The notes beneath the pieces are model-generated. The model was not told the origin of the DNA and did no database searches. It saw only the letters and a program-made list of their open reading frames with translations. This document shows positions 9,901-18,932 of a DNA stretch of 64,000 nucleotides, one piece after another. Location: positions 164,451 to 228,450 of the forward strand of contig CAVVFV010000010.1 of NCBI GenBank assembly GCA_963747695.1, read 5' to 3'. The stretch's first letter is position 1; every line of letters begins with the position of its first letter. The position numbers and the translations under genes are program-made. This stretch comes from Candidatus Falkowbacteria bacterium (GTDB lineage: Bacteria; Patescibacteriota; Patescibacteriia; Patescibacteriales; WJLG01).

Positions 9901-10102
9901 TTTCGCCGGCCGCTTTTTCGGTAAACGTCAACGCTAAAATCTCTTCGGACTTGGCTTTGCCCGAGTCGATCAAACCGACGATCCTCTCTGAGATTACGCT
10001 GGTCTTGCCTGTGCCAGCGCCGGCCACGATCAATAATGGCCCTTCACCAAACTGAACCGCTTCGGCTTGCTCTTTATTTAATTGGTTTTTCTTCATTTCC
10101 AT
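6935..10102 (-). CDS. UvrD/PcrA-family ATP-dependent helicase fused to C-terminal RecB/Cas4-type 4-Cys PD-(D/E)xK nuclease (AddA-like)
   Basis: N-terminus LIVAGAGTGKTSVISERI (Walker A), helicase motifs throughout. C-terminus CPYQYRF...KIDRIDEMPDGRLKIVDYKTGKP...CKFCDYNGICEF. Carries an in-frame hairpin insertion (RRNAIPCVPKSSEEDRYAKHCGPTKHCAPT). Confidence 0.85.
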   Translation of the reverse strand: MEMKKNQLNKEQAEAVQFGEGPLLIVAGAGTGKTSVISERIVGLIDSGKAKSEEILALTFTEKAAGEMEERVDRLLPYGAFFDLSISTFHSFCQDVLTEAGLDIGLPTDYKLLDEYQQYALFKKHLDRFGLDYYRPMGNPTKFIRDLLKHFSRCKDEDITPLKYLEYAEELRQNLDGMLSGRRNAIPCVPKSSEEDRYAKHCGPTKHCAPTADFLNAKGEFDQEVAEFEVKKIEEVANAFHIYQNLLLENNALDFGDLINYCLKLFRERPNVLARYQTRFKYILVDEFQDTNWAQYELVKLLAAPQNNITVVGDDDQAIYRFRGAAMANILEFKKDYPDAKQVFLIENYRNRQNILDLAYDFIKLNNPNRLEEQLKNDGDKLSKKLKANFKDAGSIEVIRGADTADEMVRVVKKIAELKTEDKEANWGDFAIMARSNDAGKEICVYLDEAQFPYKLFSSRGLYAAIPIINSISYLTAVADQYDGVALYKVLTLPVFNFTAEELAAMNYIVSRKAMSLYKVLNEASALGLGSATLEKINKFLAIFRKHAADARYKPASEIFSDFLEDTGYLKYLYAQPERQQILATNQLNQFMKRIKEFETSSTDKSVREFLAGLAVEMEAGEQGTLPLSDEEDPAMIKIMTVHAAKGLEFKYVFVINLIDKRFPSIERSESIKIPDALLDEIIPAGDHHLEEERRLFYVAITRAKKGIYFSWSSDAGGKRERRASRFLVETKLAEDLDISNADEKAVEPLEDKNSMLRGKKLKIAGLAQRSSATERSWVPQAPERFSYSQFEAYERCPYQYRFDNILRVPKRGNFQMSFGKTMHSTLQKILQTVKEAGEKKQDSLFVSPADKKENSPLSRVVAEGRGVLLSLEDCLKIYEESWIDEWYETEANKKKYHEKGREMTKAFYEEYKNNWPKVLFLEKAFALRMKIDGEGITIAGKIDRIDEMPDGRLKIVDYKTGKPKEKLEFNEKAQLLIYQQAVKELFRQEVGALCYRYLNDNSEIEFLGKEKDFAKLDEKISETIRAIRKGEFPATPGQQCKFCDYNGICEFRKL
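9476..9555. repeat. intragenic small palindromic hairpins (GGAACGCAAGGTATTGCGTTTC plus CGCAATGC repeats) inside the helicase gene
   Basis: Same hairpin family as queA 2693-2714 and tsaD 45004-45051. Translated in frame. Confidence 0.7.
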
Positions 10103-10226
10103 ATCTTCATATTATATTACAATTTTCTTTTTAACACTATTGACAAACGCTGTAAAATATGATAAAATTTCAATATTCGTTCTGTAAAATAAAATATCAA
10201 TAAACCTCATCAATCCGGGAGGATTC

Positions 10227-10724
10227 ATGAAAAAGTTCGAAGTATTAGGAATCGTTTCTCTGGTCGTCTTCTTTGCCATGCAGGCCGTCCCGCACAACGC
10301 CGCGAAAATCGCTTCCTGCCTCATCCCTAGCATTGTCTTCCTTTCACTCGCCTTCCTGTCGGCTGGCATTGCCTGGAGTTCCAAAAGCTCCGGGTGGACA
10401 GCGATGACAGCAGGAATGGTGCTGATGGCGGCTAGCACGCTGATTTTTTCCGCCATCGATGCTAATATCTGCCTGACCAAACTGGTTTTTGCCGCTATCT
10501 GTCTGGCGTTCATGGTTATGGTGATAATGATCGTCGCTCTGATGGGGGCCGGTTCTGATAATAACGGAACTTTGATCTTATCGATAATTGCCGGCACGAT
10601 TATCATTATCTCACTCGGCCTGATATCAGGCTTGGCGCCGGCGCTCTGCCTGGCAGCAGCCAATGCGTGCTTTTTTTCCGCCCCTCCGATCTTTAGGCAG
10701 AAAAAAATTATTATTGTCAATTAA
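10227..10724 (+). CDS. multi-pass membrane protein (hypothetical)
   Basis: GGGAGG RBS 4 nt upstream of the ATG. Hydrophobic 165-aa product. The antisense ORF 10112..10720 is rejected. Confidence 0.6.
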   Translation: MKKFEVLGIVSLVVFFAMQAVPHNAAKIASCLIPSIVFLSLAFLSAGIAWSSKSSGWTAMTAGMVLMAASTLIFSAIDANICLTKLVFAAICLAFMVMVIMIVALMGAGSDNNGTLILSIIAGTIIIISLGLISGLAPALCLAAANACFFSAPPIFRQKKIIIVN

Positions 10725-10725
10725 A

Positions 10726-10775
10726 AAGATCTGCTGCGGCTTTCGGAATAATCTTCTGCAGGCCGCTTTTTTATT
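10726..10775 (+). terminator. putative intrinsic terminator
   Basis: GC stem (gcggc...gccgc) followed by ttttttatt, right after the membrane-protein stop. Confidence 0.4.
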
Positions 10776-10826
10776 GTTTTATTATTGTAAGTTGATTTTT
10801 CAAGAGCTAAAGACTAATATTGAAAT

Positions 10827-12161
10827 ATGAATCTAAAAAAAGTCAAAGAATTGAATATCCCGACCAGACCAGGCTCTTATCAATATTATGATAAGTCTGG
10901 AAAAATAATCTATGTCGGGAAAGCCGCGAATTTAAGGTCGCGGGTGCTTTCGTATTGGCGGGAAAGTTCCGTGCTGGCACCCGATAAACAGCTGATGCTC
11001 AGTGAAATCAAAGAGATCAAATGGATTGAAACCGACACCGAAATCGAAGCTTTGTTATTGGAAGCTAATTTGGTTAAGCGTTATCAGCCGGAATATAATA
11101 TTATGCTCCGCGATGATAAACGCTATGCTTATATAAAAATCTCTATTGAGGATCAATGGCCAAGAGTTTTCTTAACGCGGGAAATCGCTAAGCAGGGAAA
11201 GTATTTCGGTCCGTTCTTAAGTGCCGAATCAGTCAAGGAAGTTTTAAAGATCATCCGCTACATCTGGCCGTTCCGCTCTTGCGCGACTATGCCGAAGCGC
11301 GCCTGCTTATATTATCGGATCGGCAAATGCCCGGGCATGTGCGAATTTCCAGTATCACGCGAAGAATATTTAAAAACGATTAACGAGATCGATAAATTTC
11401 TACAAGGAAAAAGAAAAGAAGTCGAAAAAAATCTTCAATCTTCGATTATCAATCTTCAATCGCAAATTAATAAACTATCAGGAGGTGAAACAAGACAAAA
11501 ACTCGAGGAAAGGTTGCAAGCGTATCAATACCGTTTATTTAACTTAGAAAAAGTTCTGGCAAATTCCCGGATTTTGACCGTTGGCGAAAAATACGCCGCC
11601 GATGTGATTGAATTGGCCAAGACTTTGAATCTCCCAAAAATCCCTGCCCGCATCGAAGGTTATGATATTTCCAATATTTTCGGCAAAGAAGCGGTCGGCT
11701 CAATGGTGGTTTTCGCCGAAGGCGAGCCGGATAAGAATGAATACCGCAAATTTACCATCCGCGGCGTGGCCGGCGCACAGAGCAAGGGCGACGATACCGG
11801 GATGCTCAAAGAAGTTTTGGAACGGAGATTTCATAATCGACCCACGCCGGAAAACGGCGGGGCAGGTTGGCCGATGCCGGATTTGATTATTATTGACGGC
11901 GGAAAAGGCCAGCTTAACGCCGGTTTAGTAATTTTGAAAAAATTTAAATTTAATATTCCGATCATCGCCATTTCCAAAGGCGAAGGTCTGCGCTCGGCGC
12001 ATGCGCCGGACAAGATATTTTTTCCGGGTATGAAAACTCCGTTGCTTTTGCCGCTCGCTTCGCCTTCTCTTCACGTCATCAAGCGCGTTCGGGATGAGGC
12101 GCATCGTTTTGCGATCAGCTTCCACCGGCAGCGGCGCTCAAAAAATTGGTTAAGCCATTAA
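10827..12161 (+). CDS. uvrC: excinuclease ABC subunit C, short form lacking the C-terminal (HhH)2 domain
   Basis: GIY-YIG N-terminus (YQYYDKSGKIIYVGKAANLRSRVLSY), Cys cluster RSCATMPKRACLYYRIGKCPGMC, endonuclease V-like domain IEGYDISNIFGKEAVGSMVVF...DEAHRFAISFHRQRRSK. 444 aa versus ~600 typical. Confidence 0.85.
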   Translation: MNLKKVKELNIPTRPGSYQYYDKSGKIIYVGKAANLRSRVLSYWRESSVLAPDKQLMLSEIKEIKWIETDTEIEALLLEANLVKRYQPEYNIMLRDDKRYAYIKISIEDQWPRVFLTREIAKQGKYFGPFLSAESVKEVLKIIRYIWPFRSCATMPKRACLYYRIGKCPGMCEFPVSREEYLKTINEIDKFLQGKRKEVEKNLQSSIINLQSQINKLSGGETRQKLEERLQAYQYRLFNLEKVLANSRILTVGEKYAADVIELAKTLNLPKIPARIEGYDISNIFGKEAVGSMVVFAEGEPDKNEYRKFTIRGVAGAQSKGDDTGMLKEVLERRFHNRPTPENGGAGWPMPDLIIIDGGKGQLNAGLVILKKFKFNIPIIAISKGEGLRSAHAPDKIFFPGMKTPLLLPLASPSLHVIKRVRDEAHRFAISFHRQRRSKNWLSH

Positions 12162-12165
12162 AAAA

Positions 12166-12190
12166 CCTGACAAAATGTCAGGCTTTTTTT
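12166..12190 (+). terminator. rho-independent terminator of uvrC
   Basis: cctgaca-aaa-tgtcagg perfect 7-bp stem followed by cttttttt. Confidence 0.75.
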
Positions 12191-12227
12191 ATATCAAGCT
12201 AAAAAAATAGCTACTAAGAGAATATCT

Positions 12228-12298
12228 TCTTACTTCTTACTTCTTACTTCTTACTTCTTACTTCTTACTTCTTACTTCTTACTTCTTACTTCTTACTT
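12228..12298. repeat. tandem heptanucleotide repeat (TTCTTAC)x10
   Basis: Seen directly. Ten perfect 7-bp units between convergent uvrC and the DUF4340 gene. The last unit overlaps the TAA stop of the minus-strand gene. Confidence 0.9.
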
Positions 12299-13201
12299 CA
12301 AATCCGTCATCTTCTTATCCAGCGCGTCGCGATCGGTTTTGGAAATCAAGTAAATGTCGTCGTTAGCCGCTGACTTGGCGTAGCAGAGATTGTCTTTGGT
12401 ACAGTCGCCGATCATGATCGTATCGTCAAAATCTCCGCCTGTAACCTGGACGATGATGCTATGCTTTTCCAAACCGGTGTTGGTAAAAGTCTGGGCGGGA
12501 ATCTTCACCGCCGTCAAATTTTGCAATACGCTTAACACCGCGTCAATCTTGGTCGCATCGACGTCGAATTTCTTCGGCTGGGTGCCAGTCCACTGGTTGG
12601 CGATCTGTTCGACGGTAAATTGCCGGTCAGGATATTGGAAGCGGATCTTCTCGCTGCGTTCCTTCATAAAAGAAAAGATGGTCAGGCTGCGCCAATCGCT
12701 GCGGCCGAAAATGCTGTTCAAATCCAAAGCGATCGAAAAAGTCTTGCTGGAATCCGGCTCGGCGATGTAGGTGCCGGAGTAATCGGGCGTCGTGGTGCCG
12801 ACCACAAAATCAAAAGTCTGCCGGCCTTGTTCGATCTCGACCTTAATTCCCTGACCATCGGTACCGAAAGAACTTTTTTTATCAGCGTTGGTGCTGACCG
12901 TTTCGATCGGCAAAACGCCGATTTCATTCAGCGCCGAGTCCAAGGCGCCGGCGGCGGTATTGTCCACGCTGAAATTTTTCACGCCGGCGATCGCCCAACC
13001 ATCGGCGGTTTTGTCCAATTCGGTTTTCTGCCCGTTATTATCGATCGAGATCTTTTTAATTTGCGCCAAAGAGACGGCGGCCAGAAAATTCTTTTCCTGC
13101 CCTTTGGTTTTTTTCCAGTCAGCCAGCGGTCCGCTCCAGATCCAAGCAAAAGCGACCAGTAATATCAAAATTCCTCCCAGGATTAAATTCTTTTTAGACA
13201 T
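12293..13201 (-). CDS. DUF4340-like secreted/anchored protein (final gene of GldG-type ABC accessory cluster)
   Basis: N-terminal TM helix, 302 aa. Genomic context downstream of the GldG-like gene as commonly seen. Confidence 0.5.
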   Translation of the reverse strand: MSKKNLILGGILILLVAFAWIWSGPLADWKKTKGQEKNFLAAVSLAQIKKISIDNNGQKTELDKTADGWAIAGVKNFSVDNTAAGALDSALNEIGVLPIETVSTNADKKSSFGTDGQGIKVEIEQGRQTFDFVVGTTTPDYSGTYIAEPDSSKTFSIALDLNSIFGRSDWRSLTIFSFMKERSEKIRFQYPDRQFTVEQIANQWTGTQPKKFDVDATKIDAVLSVLQNLTAVKIPAQTFTNTGLEKHSIIVQVTGGDFDDTIMIGDCTKDNLCYAKSAANDDIYLISKTDRDALDKKMTDLK

Positions 13202-13245
13202 ATATTTCGCATAACTCGTAACGCGTAACGCGCAACGATTTTATT

Positions 13246-14847
13246 TTATACTGTTGTCAAATTAACCGCGGCCGGCGCGGTTTTCTTGTCCCGGCGGCGC
13301 AGGAAATACCGGGCAACGCCGAACACGAGGACGATTACGGTAACGCCAAAGATGTTCAGATAGCGCATCGTTTCTTTGGCCGCGGTGGACGGCAAAGTTA
13401 TCGGCCGTTCCGTCGCGGTCTTGGCGCGGATATTGATCAAATCGGAATCCAAAGACAAGCCGTCGACCAGGTTCTGGAAGAAAAGCATATTGTCCGAACC
13501 GTCACCCGTGAACATATCGGTGGCAAAATCGGAGTCGCCCACCAAAACAATCCTGGCTTTATCCGTTGATCCGGCGCCGAAAGCGCTGGTCACTTTGCCC
13601 GAAACATATACCGCCAGATCATATTGGCCGGATTTGCCGCTGGCATTCGCGGCGGCTTGCGGATCAAGGACGAAACTATCCGTTTCGGCCAAGCTGTCAC
13701 TAGTAGATTTGGCCAGGTAAACGACGTTTTCGCCGGCCTTCGGCGTTACGTCAATACTTGATACCCAAGGAAAAATTATGCTCTGCAGATTGGCGACGAT
13801 CACATTGGATTTATCCATATTGTTCGGCAAAATTTTCGGCCAAAGCGGATAATTTATCATATACGTCATGCTGTAACCGCCGCTCGTGGAAGAAAAAGAC
13901 GCCCGGCCGTTGGAAGAAGCATCGGCGATCAAATCATTATTAAGCTGCAAACCGTAAGCGGATAATAATTTACTCAAGCCCAGATCATTTTTCGTCGCCC
14001 CCATTCCCTTGGCCACTGTCACGCCATCAGCCAGAAGGATCAGCGACTTGCCTTTCATCACGAACGCATCGATCTTTTTCAATTCATCGTCGGTGAATTT
14101 ATCCTGCGGACCGACGATCAGCAATGTGCTGACATCATCGGTGATCTGATCTTTAGCCAGATCGATATTCTTGACCTCGTAAAGGTCGCTGAGTTTGGCA
14201 TAAGCCTGCGTCATCAAGGTGTCGCCCGAGTTCGGATCGCCGGTGGTCGGCACAGTCTTGTTGCTGGTCACCAGGCCGATGACCGGCAAATTTTTTCCGG
14301 CTAATTTTTTGATATCGGAAGTGACCTGATATTCCAGATTCGAGGTATCGCTCACCACCGGGATGACTTCGGTCTTGCCGCCATACTGCAAAACGATCCC
14401 CAGATAGCCGTTGACGACCTGGTAAGAATCATTGCGCATCACATTGAACTGCAAAGTCGGAATGCCCTTGGCCGCCAATTCGTTGGAGGCGTCTTTCAAG
14501 GTAGCCGGATCAATCATTTGCACTTTTATTTTCCCGTTGGAATAGCTGGAGTATTCAGCCAACAGATCACTGACTTGCTGCTGCAAATCCAAATATTGCG
14601 CGGGCAGATTCTTGCTGAAATAAGCCTTAATATTGACAACATCGTCAAGATTGGCGGCGGTTTTTTTGCTGGCGGTCGACAAAGAGTAATCACCGTTGGC
14701 AGTCAGATCCCAGCGGAAATGTAACTGGCTGAAAATAAAATTAATAACAAGCAAGAGACCGATAATAATAACAATTGTAATAAAATTATCACCTTGCTTT
14801 GGCAGCTTCCACGCCCTGATCCGTTTCGTTATATCGAAAAATTTCAT
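13246..14847 (-). CDS. GldG-like ABC-transporter auxiliary component (TM helix at both ends)
   Basis: N-terminus ...IVIIIGLLLVINFIFSQLHFRWDLTANGDYSLSTASKKTAANLDDVVNIKAYFS... matches the GldG N-terminus. C-terminal TM VTVIVLVFGVARYF. 533 aa. Confidence 0.7.
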   Translation of the reverse strand: MKFFDITKRIRAWKLPKQGDNFITIVIIIGLLLVINFIFSQLHFRWDLTANGDYSLSTASKKTAANLDDVVNIKAYFSKNLPAQYLDLQQQVSDLLAEYSSYSNGKIKVQMIDPATLKDASNELAAKGIPTLQFNVMRNDSYQVVNGYLGIVLQYGGKTEVIPVVSDTSNLEYQVTSDIKKLAGKNLPVIGLVTSNKTVPTTGDPNSGDTLMTQAYAKLSDLYEVKNIDLAKDQITDDVSTLLIVGPQDKFTDDELKKIDAFVMKGKSLILLADGVTVAKGMGATKNDLGLSKLLSAYGLQLNNDLIADASSNGRASFSSTSGGYSMTYMINYPLWPKILPNNMDKSNVIVANLQSIIFPWVSSIDVTPKAGENVVYLAKSTSDSLAETDSFVLDPQAAANASGKSGQYDLAVYVSGKVTSAFGAGSTDKARIVLVGDSDFATDMFTGDGSDNMLFFQNLVDGLSLDSDLINIRAKTATERPITLPSTAAKETMRYLNIFGVTVIVLVFGVARYFLRRRDKKTAPAAVNLTTV

Positions 14848-14865
14848 ATTTTTAAATTATTAAAT

Positions 14866-14958
14866 GTTATATTGTTATATTGTTACTCAACGAATTTGAT
14901 TACTCGGCGCATTTTTTTCACAACGCAACAATATGACAATATATCAATATGGCAATTT
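14866..14958. repeat. AT-rich palindromic element (ATATTGTT arms), family copy 3
   Basis: gttatattgttatattgttactcaacgaatttgattactcggcgcatttttttcacaacgcaacaatatgacaatatatcaatatggcaat, immediately upstream of the GldG-like start. Confidence 0.6.
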
Positions 14959-14962
14959 TATA

Positions 14963-15697
14963 CTATCGCCACGCCCGTTTCTGAATAACCTGCGCGTTGA
15001 GCCAGAGGAATAAGAAAATAAAAGTCAGGTAATAAACGATATCTTGAGAATCGATCACGCCGCGGGCAATACTGTCAAAATGCGTGCCCAATCCCAGAAA
15101 GGCGAAGACGGGGGCGATAGCGGGCGGCGCTACCTGGAGGACAAAGCTGGAACCGACGATCAGCGCCGCGAAACAAGCGACTAAGCCGAGTACGAAAGCG
15201 ATGATCTGATTGCGGGTCAGCGCCGACAGGAAAAGCCCAAGCGACAAATAAGCGCCGGCCAAGAAGATCGATCCCAGATAACTGCCGATCAGCGGACCGA
15301 AATCCAGCCGGCCCAGGAAAGAAATGGAAACCGGAATGGTAAAAGTCAAAGCCAGGGCGATGATCATAAAACATAAAGCGCCCAAAAATTTAGCCAGCAC
15401 GGCTTGCCAGGTGGTGATCGGCAAGGTCAGCAGAAATTCGATCGTGCCGGATTTTTTTTCTTCCGCCCAAAGCCGCATTGTTACGGCCGGCGAGAGAAAT
15501 AAGAAAATCCAGGGCAGCAGCGCGAAATATTCGCGCATGCTCGCTTCCTGATAAATGAAAAAATTCTGGAAGAAAAGCCAGTTGCCGGCCACCAAAAACA
15601 CCGCAATGAATATGTAGGCGATCGGGGAATTGAAATAGGACATCAGCTCCTTCTTAAATAAAGTCCAGATTATTTTGAAATATTGTTTATTATTCAT
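14963..15697 (-). CDS. ABC-2 family transporter permease (GldF-like)
   Basis: 244 aa, six predicted TM segments. Adjacent to the ABC ATPase. Confidence 0.7.
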   Translation of the reverse strand: MNNKQYFKIIWTLFKKELMSYFNSPIAYIFIAVFLVAGNWLFFQNFFIYQEASMREYFALLPWIFLFLSPAVTMRLWAEEKKSGTIEFLLTLPITTWQAVLAKFLGALCFMIIALALTFTIPVSISFLGRLDFGPLIGSYLGSIFLAGAYLSLGLFLSALTRNQIIAFVLGLVACFAALIVGSSFVLQVAPPAIAPVFAFLGLGTHFDSIARGVIDSQDIVYYLTFIFLFLWLNAQVIQKRAWR

Positions 15698-15847
15698 AAT
15701 TATATCAATTTTTGAATTTTTAATTTTGTAATTTTTAAATAAGTCTTAATTTTTAATTATTAAACTTTGAAATTACCGCTGGTTTAAAAATTAATAATTT
15801 GACCTTAAAAATTATTTAGAAATTAAAAATTATAAAAATTTAAAAAT

Positions 15848-16774
15848 TTATTTTGTCAGTTCCCTAAACGCGTCTTCCAGCGACGCCTGATACTTGGCAA
15901 TCTCCAAAACATTGAACCCGCCGATGATCAGCGCCTTGTTGATCGCGGCCCGGGCATCGCGGCCCGCTTCAGTTTCCACCTCATATAAGATGGCGCTGCC
16001 TTCCTGCCCGACCGGCACAACTTTAGTCACTCCCGGGGTTTTGCCCAACAGCGCCAAAACTTTTTCCTTGGCGCCTTCAACTTTTATCTTTACCATCTCC
16101 CTGGATTTGGTCTGCTTGATCAATTCGGCCGGACTGCCTTCGCCGACGATTTTTCCGTTATTGATGATAATCACCCGGTCGCAAACCGCGCTCACCTCGC
16201 CCAGAATATGCGTGGAAAAAATCACGGTTTTTTCTTTGCCGATCTTCTTGATCAACTCGCGGATCTCCATTATCTGATTCGGGTCCAAGCCGGTAGTCGG
16301 TTCATCCAAAATCAAAACATCTGGATTGCCCATGATCGCCTGCGCCAATCCCACTCTTTGCCGATAGCCTTTGGATAATTCGTCGATCAATTTATTCATC
16401 ACTCCGGAAACGCCGCAAGCCGCCGCCACTTCCGCCAGCCGCGACTTCAGTTTTTCACCCGACAAGCCGCGCATTTCCGCCACGAATTTCAGATACTCTC
16501 TGACTTTCAGATCTTCGTAAAGCGGCACGGTTTCCGGCAGATAGCCGATCTTGGCCCGAGTCGCGAGAGAATTATTGACTGCATCGATACCGTCGATCGT
16601 AATCGAACCGGAAGTCGGAGTCCAAAAAGAAGTGAGGATCTTCATCGTCGAAGTCTTGCCCGCGCCGTTCGGGCCCAAAAAACCGAGGATCTCCCCGGTC
16701 TTAACCGAGAAGGAAATATCGTTCAAAATCTGGGTATTACCGATCTTTTTGGTGAGATTTTTGATTTCGATCAT
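15848..16774 (-). CDS. ABC transporter ATP-binding protein (GldA-like)
   Basis: GPNGAGKTST (Walker A), LSKGYRQRVGLAQA (signature), ILILDEPTTGLD (Walker B). Confidence 0.9.
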   Translation of the reverse strand: MIEIKNLTKKIGNTQILNDISFSVKTGEILGFLGPNGAGKTSTMKILTSFWTPTSGSITIDGIDAVNNSLATRAKIGYLPETVPLYEDLKVREYLKFVAEMRGLSGEKLKSRLAEVAAACGVSGVMNKLIDELSKGYRQRVGLAQAIMGNPDVLILDEPTTGLDPNQIMEIRELIKKIGKEKTVIFSTHILGEVSAVCDRVIIINNGKIVGEGSPAELIKQTKSREMVKIKVEGAKEKVLALLGKTPGVTKVVPVGQEGSAILYEVETEAGRDARAAINKALIIGGFNVLEIAKYQASLEDAFRELTK

Positions 16775-16883
16775 ATTTAAAAAAAATTATTATCTTAGAA
16801 TTTCCGCCGAACGGACTATTAATACTAATACGACAAAACTATATTTTTGTGACATCTAATGTGTAATCTTACCAAATAAAAAA

Positions 16884-16910
16884 GCCTGGCGTCAATCTTG
16901 CGCGCCAGGC
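16884..16910 (-). terminator. bidirectional hairpin terminator (gcctggcg...cgccaggc flanked by A/T runs)
   Basis: Perfect 8-bp GC stem with A7 on the plus strand and T run on the minus strand. Downstream of the Cys-rich gene on the minus strand. Confidence 0.6.
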
Positions 16911-16955
16911 AAAAAAATGTCGTTATAAAAAACAGGTTTTGAAAATCCGCCCAGC

Positions 16956-17276
16956 TCACTTATCATCAAATTTTCGTCCGCACAAGGAGCAGTCATAAAT
17001 GTCCTGATTGTCAGGACTGGCTCCGCCACCCATATTGCACGTTTTCCATGAACATAGTCTCTCTTCTTTGCAATCGGGATTAAGACAAATGTGCCGGCTA
17101 GTATTGTAGATCACGTCTGGATTATCATTCAGATCAATGACACATACAATCGGAGCGCCGCAAACGCATTTTTGGTCGATTACCTTTGTGCTGACATCAA
17201 GACCAAGATCTTTGATCTTCAGCTTGATCGTCTCTTCAGGAGTGAGTAATTTTTCGGACTTCTTACTTTCATCCAT
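16956..17276 (-). CDS. Cys-rich small protein (putative zinc-ribbon), hypothetical
   Basis: 106 aa with CVCG...C...CLNPDC...C...CSLCG pattern. Downstream of dnaJ. Confidence 0.5.
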   Translation of the reverse strand: MDESKKSEKLLTPEETIKLKIKDLGLDVSTKVIDQKCVCGAPIVCVIDLNDNPDVIYNTSRHICLNPDCKEERLCSWKTCNMGGGASPDNQDIYDCSLCGRKFDDK

Positions 17277-17325
17277 AATCCCTCCTTTTTAAAGATCAGC
17301 ATGATTGAACTTATTCTAAAAAAAA

Positions 17326-18432
17326 TTATATGTCCAATTCTTTTAAAGCCTCTTTTTGTTTCTTGTTCAAATTTTTCGGCGTCCTGATGATTACTGTTAC
17401 CAGATGATCCCCTTTCGTGCGCCCATCTTGATATTGCACGCCCTTATTTTTCAATTTAAAGACCGTGCTCGATTGCGTGCCTTCGGGGATTTTCAATTCG
17501 ACCGGCCCGTAAACCGTTTCAATCTCAACCTTGGCGCCCAAAGCCGCTTGGGAAAAATTAATTTCTTTTTTAGTTAAGATATCATAATCATCGCGCGCGA
17601 ATTTGTCACTCGGCTTCACTCTGATTTCCAAATACAGATCGCCGGCGCTGGCGCCTTTTTCGCCAGCCTCGCCATATCCGGGAATCCGGATGCGGCCGCC
17701 ATTGTCCACGCCGGCCGGAATCTTCACTTTGAATTTTACCGTATCGTAAACCGTTCCCGCGCCGCGGCAAGCTTCGCATTTCTGGGAAACGGTTTTGCCT
17801 TCGCCGCCGCAATTCGGGCAGGAGGTTTCGGTCTGGATATTTCCTAAAATCGTTTGTTGAACTCGGCGGACGCGGCCGTGCCCTTTGCAAGTCGGACATT
17901 CTTCAACCTTCGCATTCGGGTGAGCGCCGGAACCATTACATTCTTTACAGACGACCTTTTTCTTCAGCGTGACTTCTTTCTCGACGCCGAAAATGGCTTC
18001 CATAAAATCAACCGTCATTTGCGCTTCGATATCCTGGCCGCGCTGCGTCCGCCCTCGTCCGCCTCTGGCGGAGCGGGATGAACCAAAACCAAATATATCT
18101 CCTAGTCCGCCGAACATTTCGCCCAGATCGCCCAAGTCATCCATATTGATATTCATTCCGCCATTCTGAAAACCGCCGAAGCCTCCATAACCTCCCTGAC
18201 CAGGATTAAACCCTCCGGCGCCGTTGAAATTCGCACCGAATTGATCGAATTGTTTTCTCTTTTCCGGATTCCCCAAAACCTGATAAGCTTCATTGATCTC
18301 CTTGAACTTATCGTCTTTGCCCGCGTTCTTGTCCGGATGATATTGATGCGCCAATTTCAAAAACGCCTTCTTGATCTCGTCGGCGGAGGCCGTTTTTTCT
18401 ACACCTAAAATCTTATAATAATCTTTAGACAT
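17326..18432 (-). CDS. dnaJ: molecular chaperone DnaJ
   Basis: J domain [35 protein letters not shown] region, four CxxCxGxG zinc-finger repeats. Confidence 0.95.
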   Translation of the reverse strand: MSKDYYKILGVEKTASADEIKKAFLKLAHQYHPDKNAGKDDKFKEINEAYQVLGNPEKRKQFDQFGANFNGAGGFNPGQGGYGGFGGFQNGGMNINMDDLGDLGEMFGGLGDIFGFGSSRSARGGRGRTQRGQDIEAQMTVDFMEAIFGVEKEVTLKKKVVCKECNGSGAHPNAKVEECPTCKGHGRVRRVQQTILGNIQTETSCPNCGGEGKTVSQKCEACRGAGTVYDTVKFKVKIPAGVDNGGRIRIPGYGEAGEKGASAGDLYLEIRVKPSDKFARDDYDILTKKEINFSQAALGAKVEIETVYGPVELKIPEGTQSSTVFKLKNKGVQYQDGRTKGDHLVTVIIRTPKNLNKKQKEALKELDI

Positions 18433-18446
18433 GTTTATTTAAAAAT

Positions 18447-18520
18447 GATAGATGATAAATGATAGATGATAAATTTCTTAACATTATTTATCACTTATCA
18501 TTTATTATTAATCATTGATA
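18447..18520. promoter_or_regulatory. direct and inverted repeats of GATAGATGATAAAT upstream of dnaJ (candidate operator)
   Basis: aaatgatagatgataaatgatagatgataaat ... atttatcacttatcatttat. Lies in the divergent region between dnaJ (-) and the small membrane gene (+). Confidence 0.35.
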
Positions 18521-18614
18521 CAACCTATTGCTTTTTTTATTAATTTATGTTATACTATTTAGACGTTCATTTGAAATTAATTAGCCATAAAATCCAATCA
18601 ACGAAAGGATTGCC

Positions 18615-18875
18615 ATGTACCCAGCACCCCTGACAAAAGAAGAATCTGCGGAGAATATCAAGGTGATGTTCAGATGGTTCAAGGTCATGATCATTTTGGC
18701 CAATCTCGCGGCCATCGCCATCGCCATTACCGACAACCAGGATCTTCCTGAACTCAGCTCCAAAATATTTTGCTGCATCCTCGGCGTCGGTATCCCGTGG
18801 CTTGCCTTCATGGTCTGCAAATTCATGATCGACAACCAGACCGAACAAGAGCAAACAGGAACCAAACAATCCTAA
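18615..18875 (+). CDS. small membrane protein (hypothetical)
   Basis: AAAGGA RBS upstream of ATG. 86 aa with two hydrophobic helices. Followed by a clear terminator. Minus-strand ORFs overlapping it are rejected. Confidence 0.55.
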   Translation: MYPAPLTKEESAENIKVMFRWFKVMIILANLAAIAIAITDNQDLPELSSKIFCCILGVGIPWLAFMVCKFMIDNQTEQEQTGTKQS

Positions 18876-18896
18876 CAAACATTTTTTCGATCACCA

Positions 18897-18930
18897 GAGC
18901 GCCTCTAAGGAAAAGAGGCGTTTTTATTTT
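18897..18930 (+). terminator. rho-independent terminator
   Basis: gcgcctct-aaggaaa-agaggcg followed by tttttatttt. Confidence 0.7.
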
Positions 18931-18932
18931 GC

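Noticed and set aside
10112-10720. 202-aa minus-strand ORF
   Set aside because: Antisense to a membrane-protein ORF (10227..10724) that has a strong GGGAGG RBS. The minus ORF has no RBS and its composition mirrors the sense strand.
12228-12298. Possible CRISPR array
   Set aside because: Pure 7-bp tandem repeat without spacers. No cas genes. Nothing CRISPR-like elsewhere in the window.
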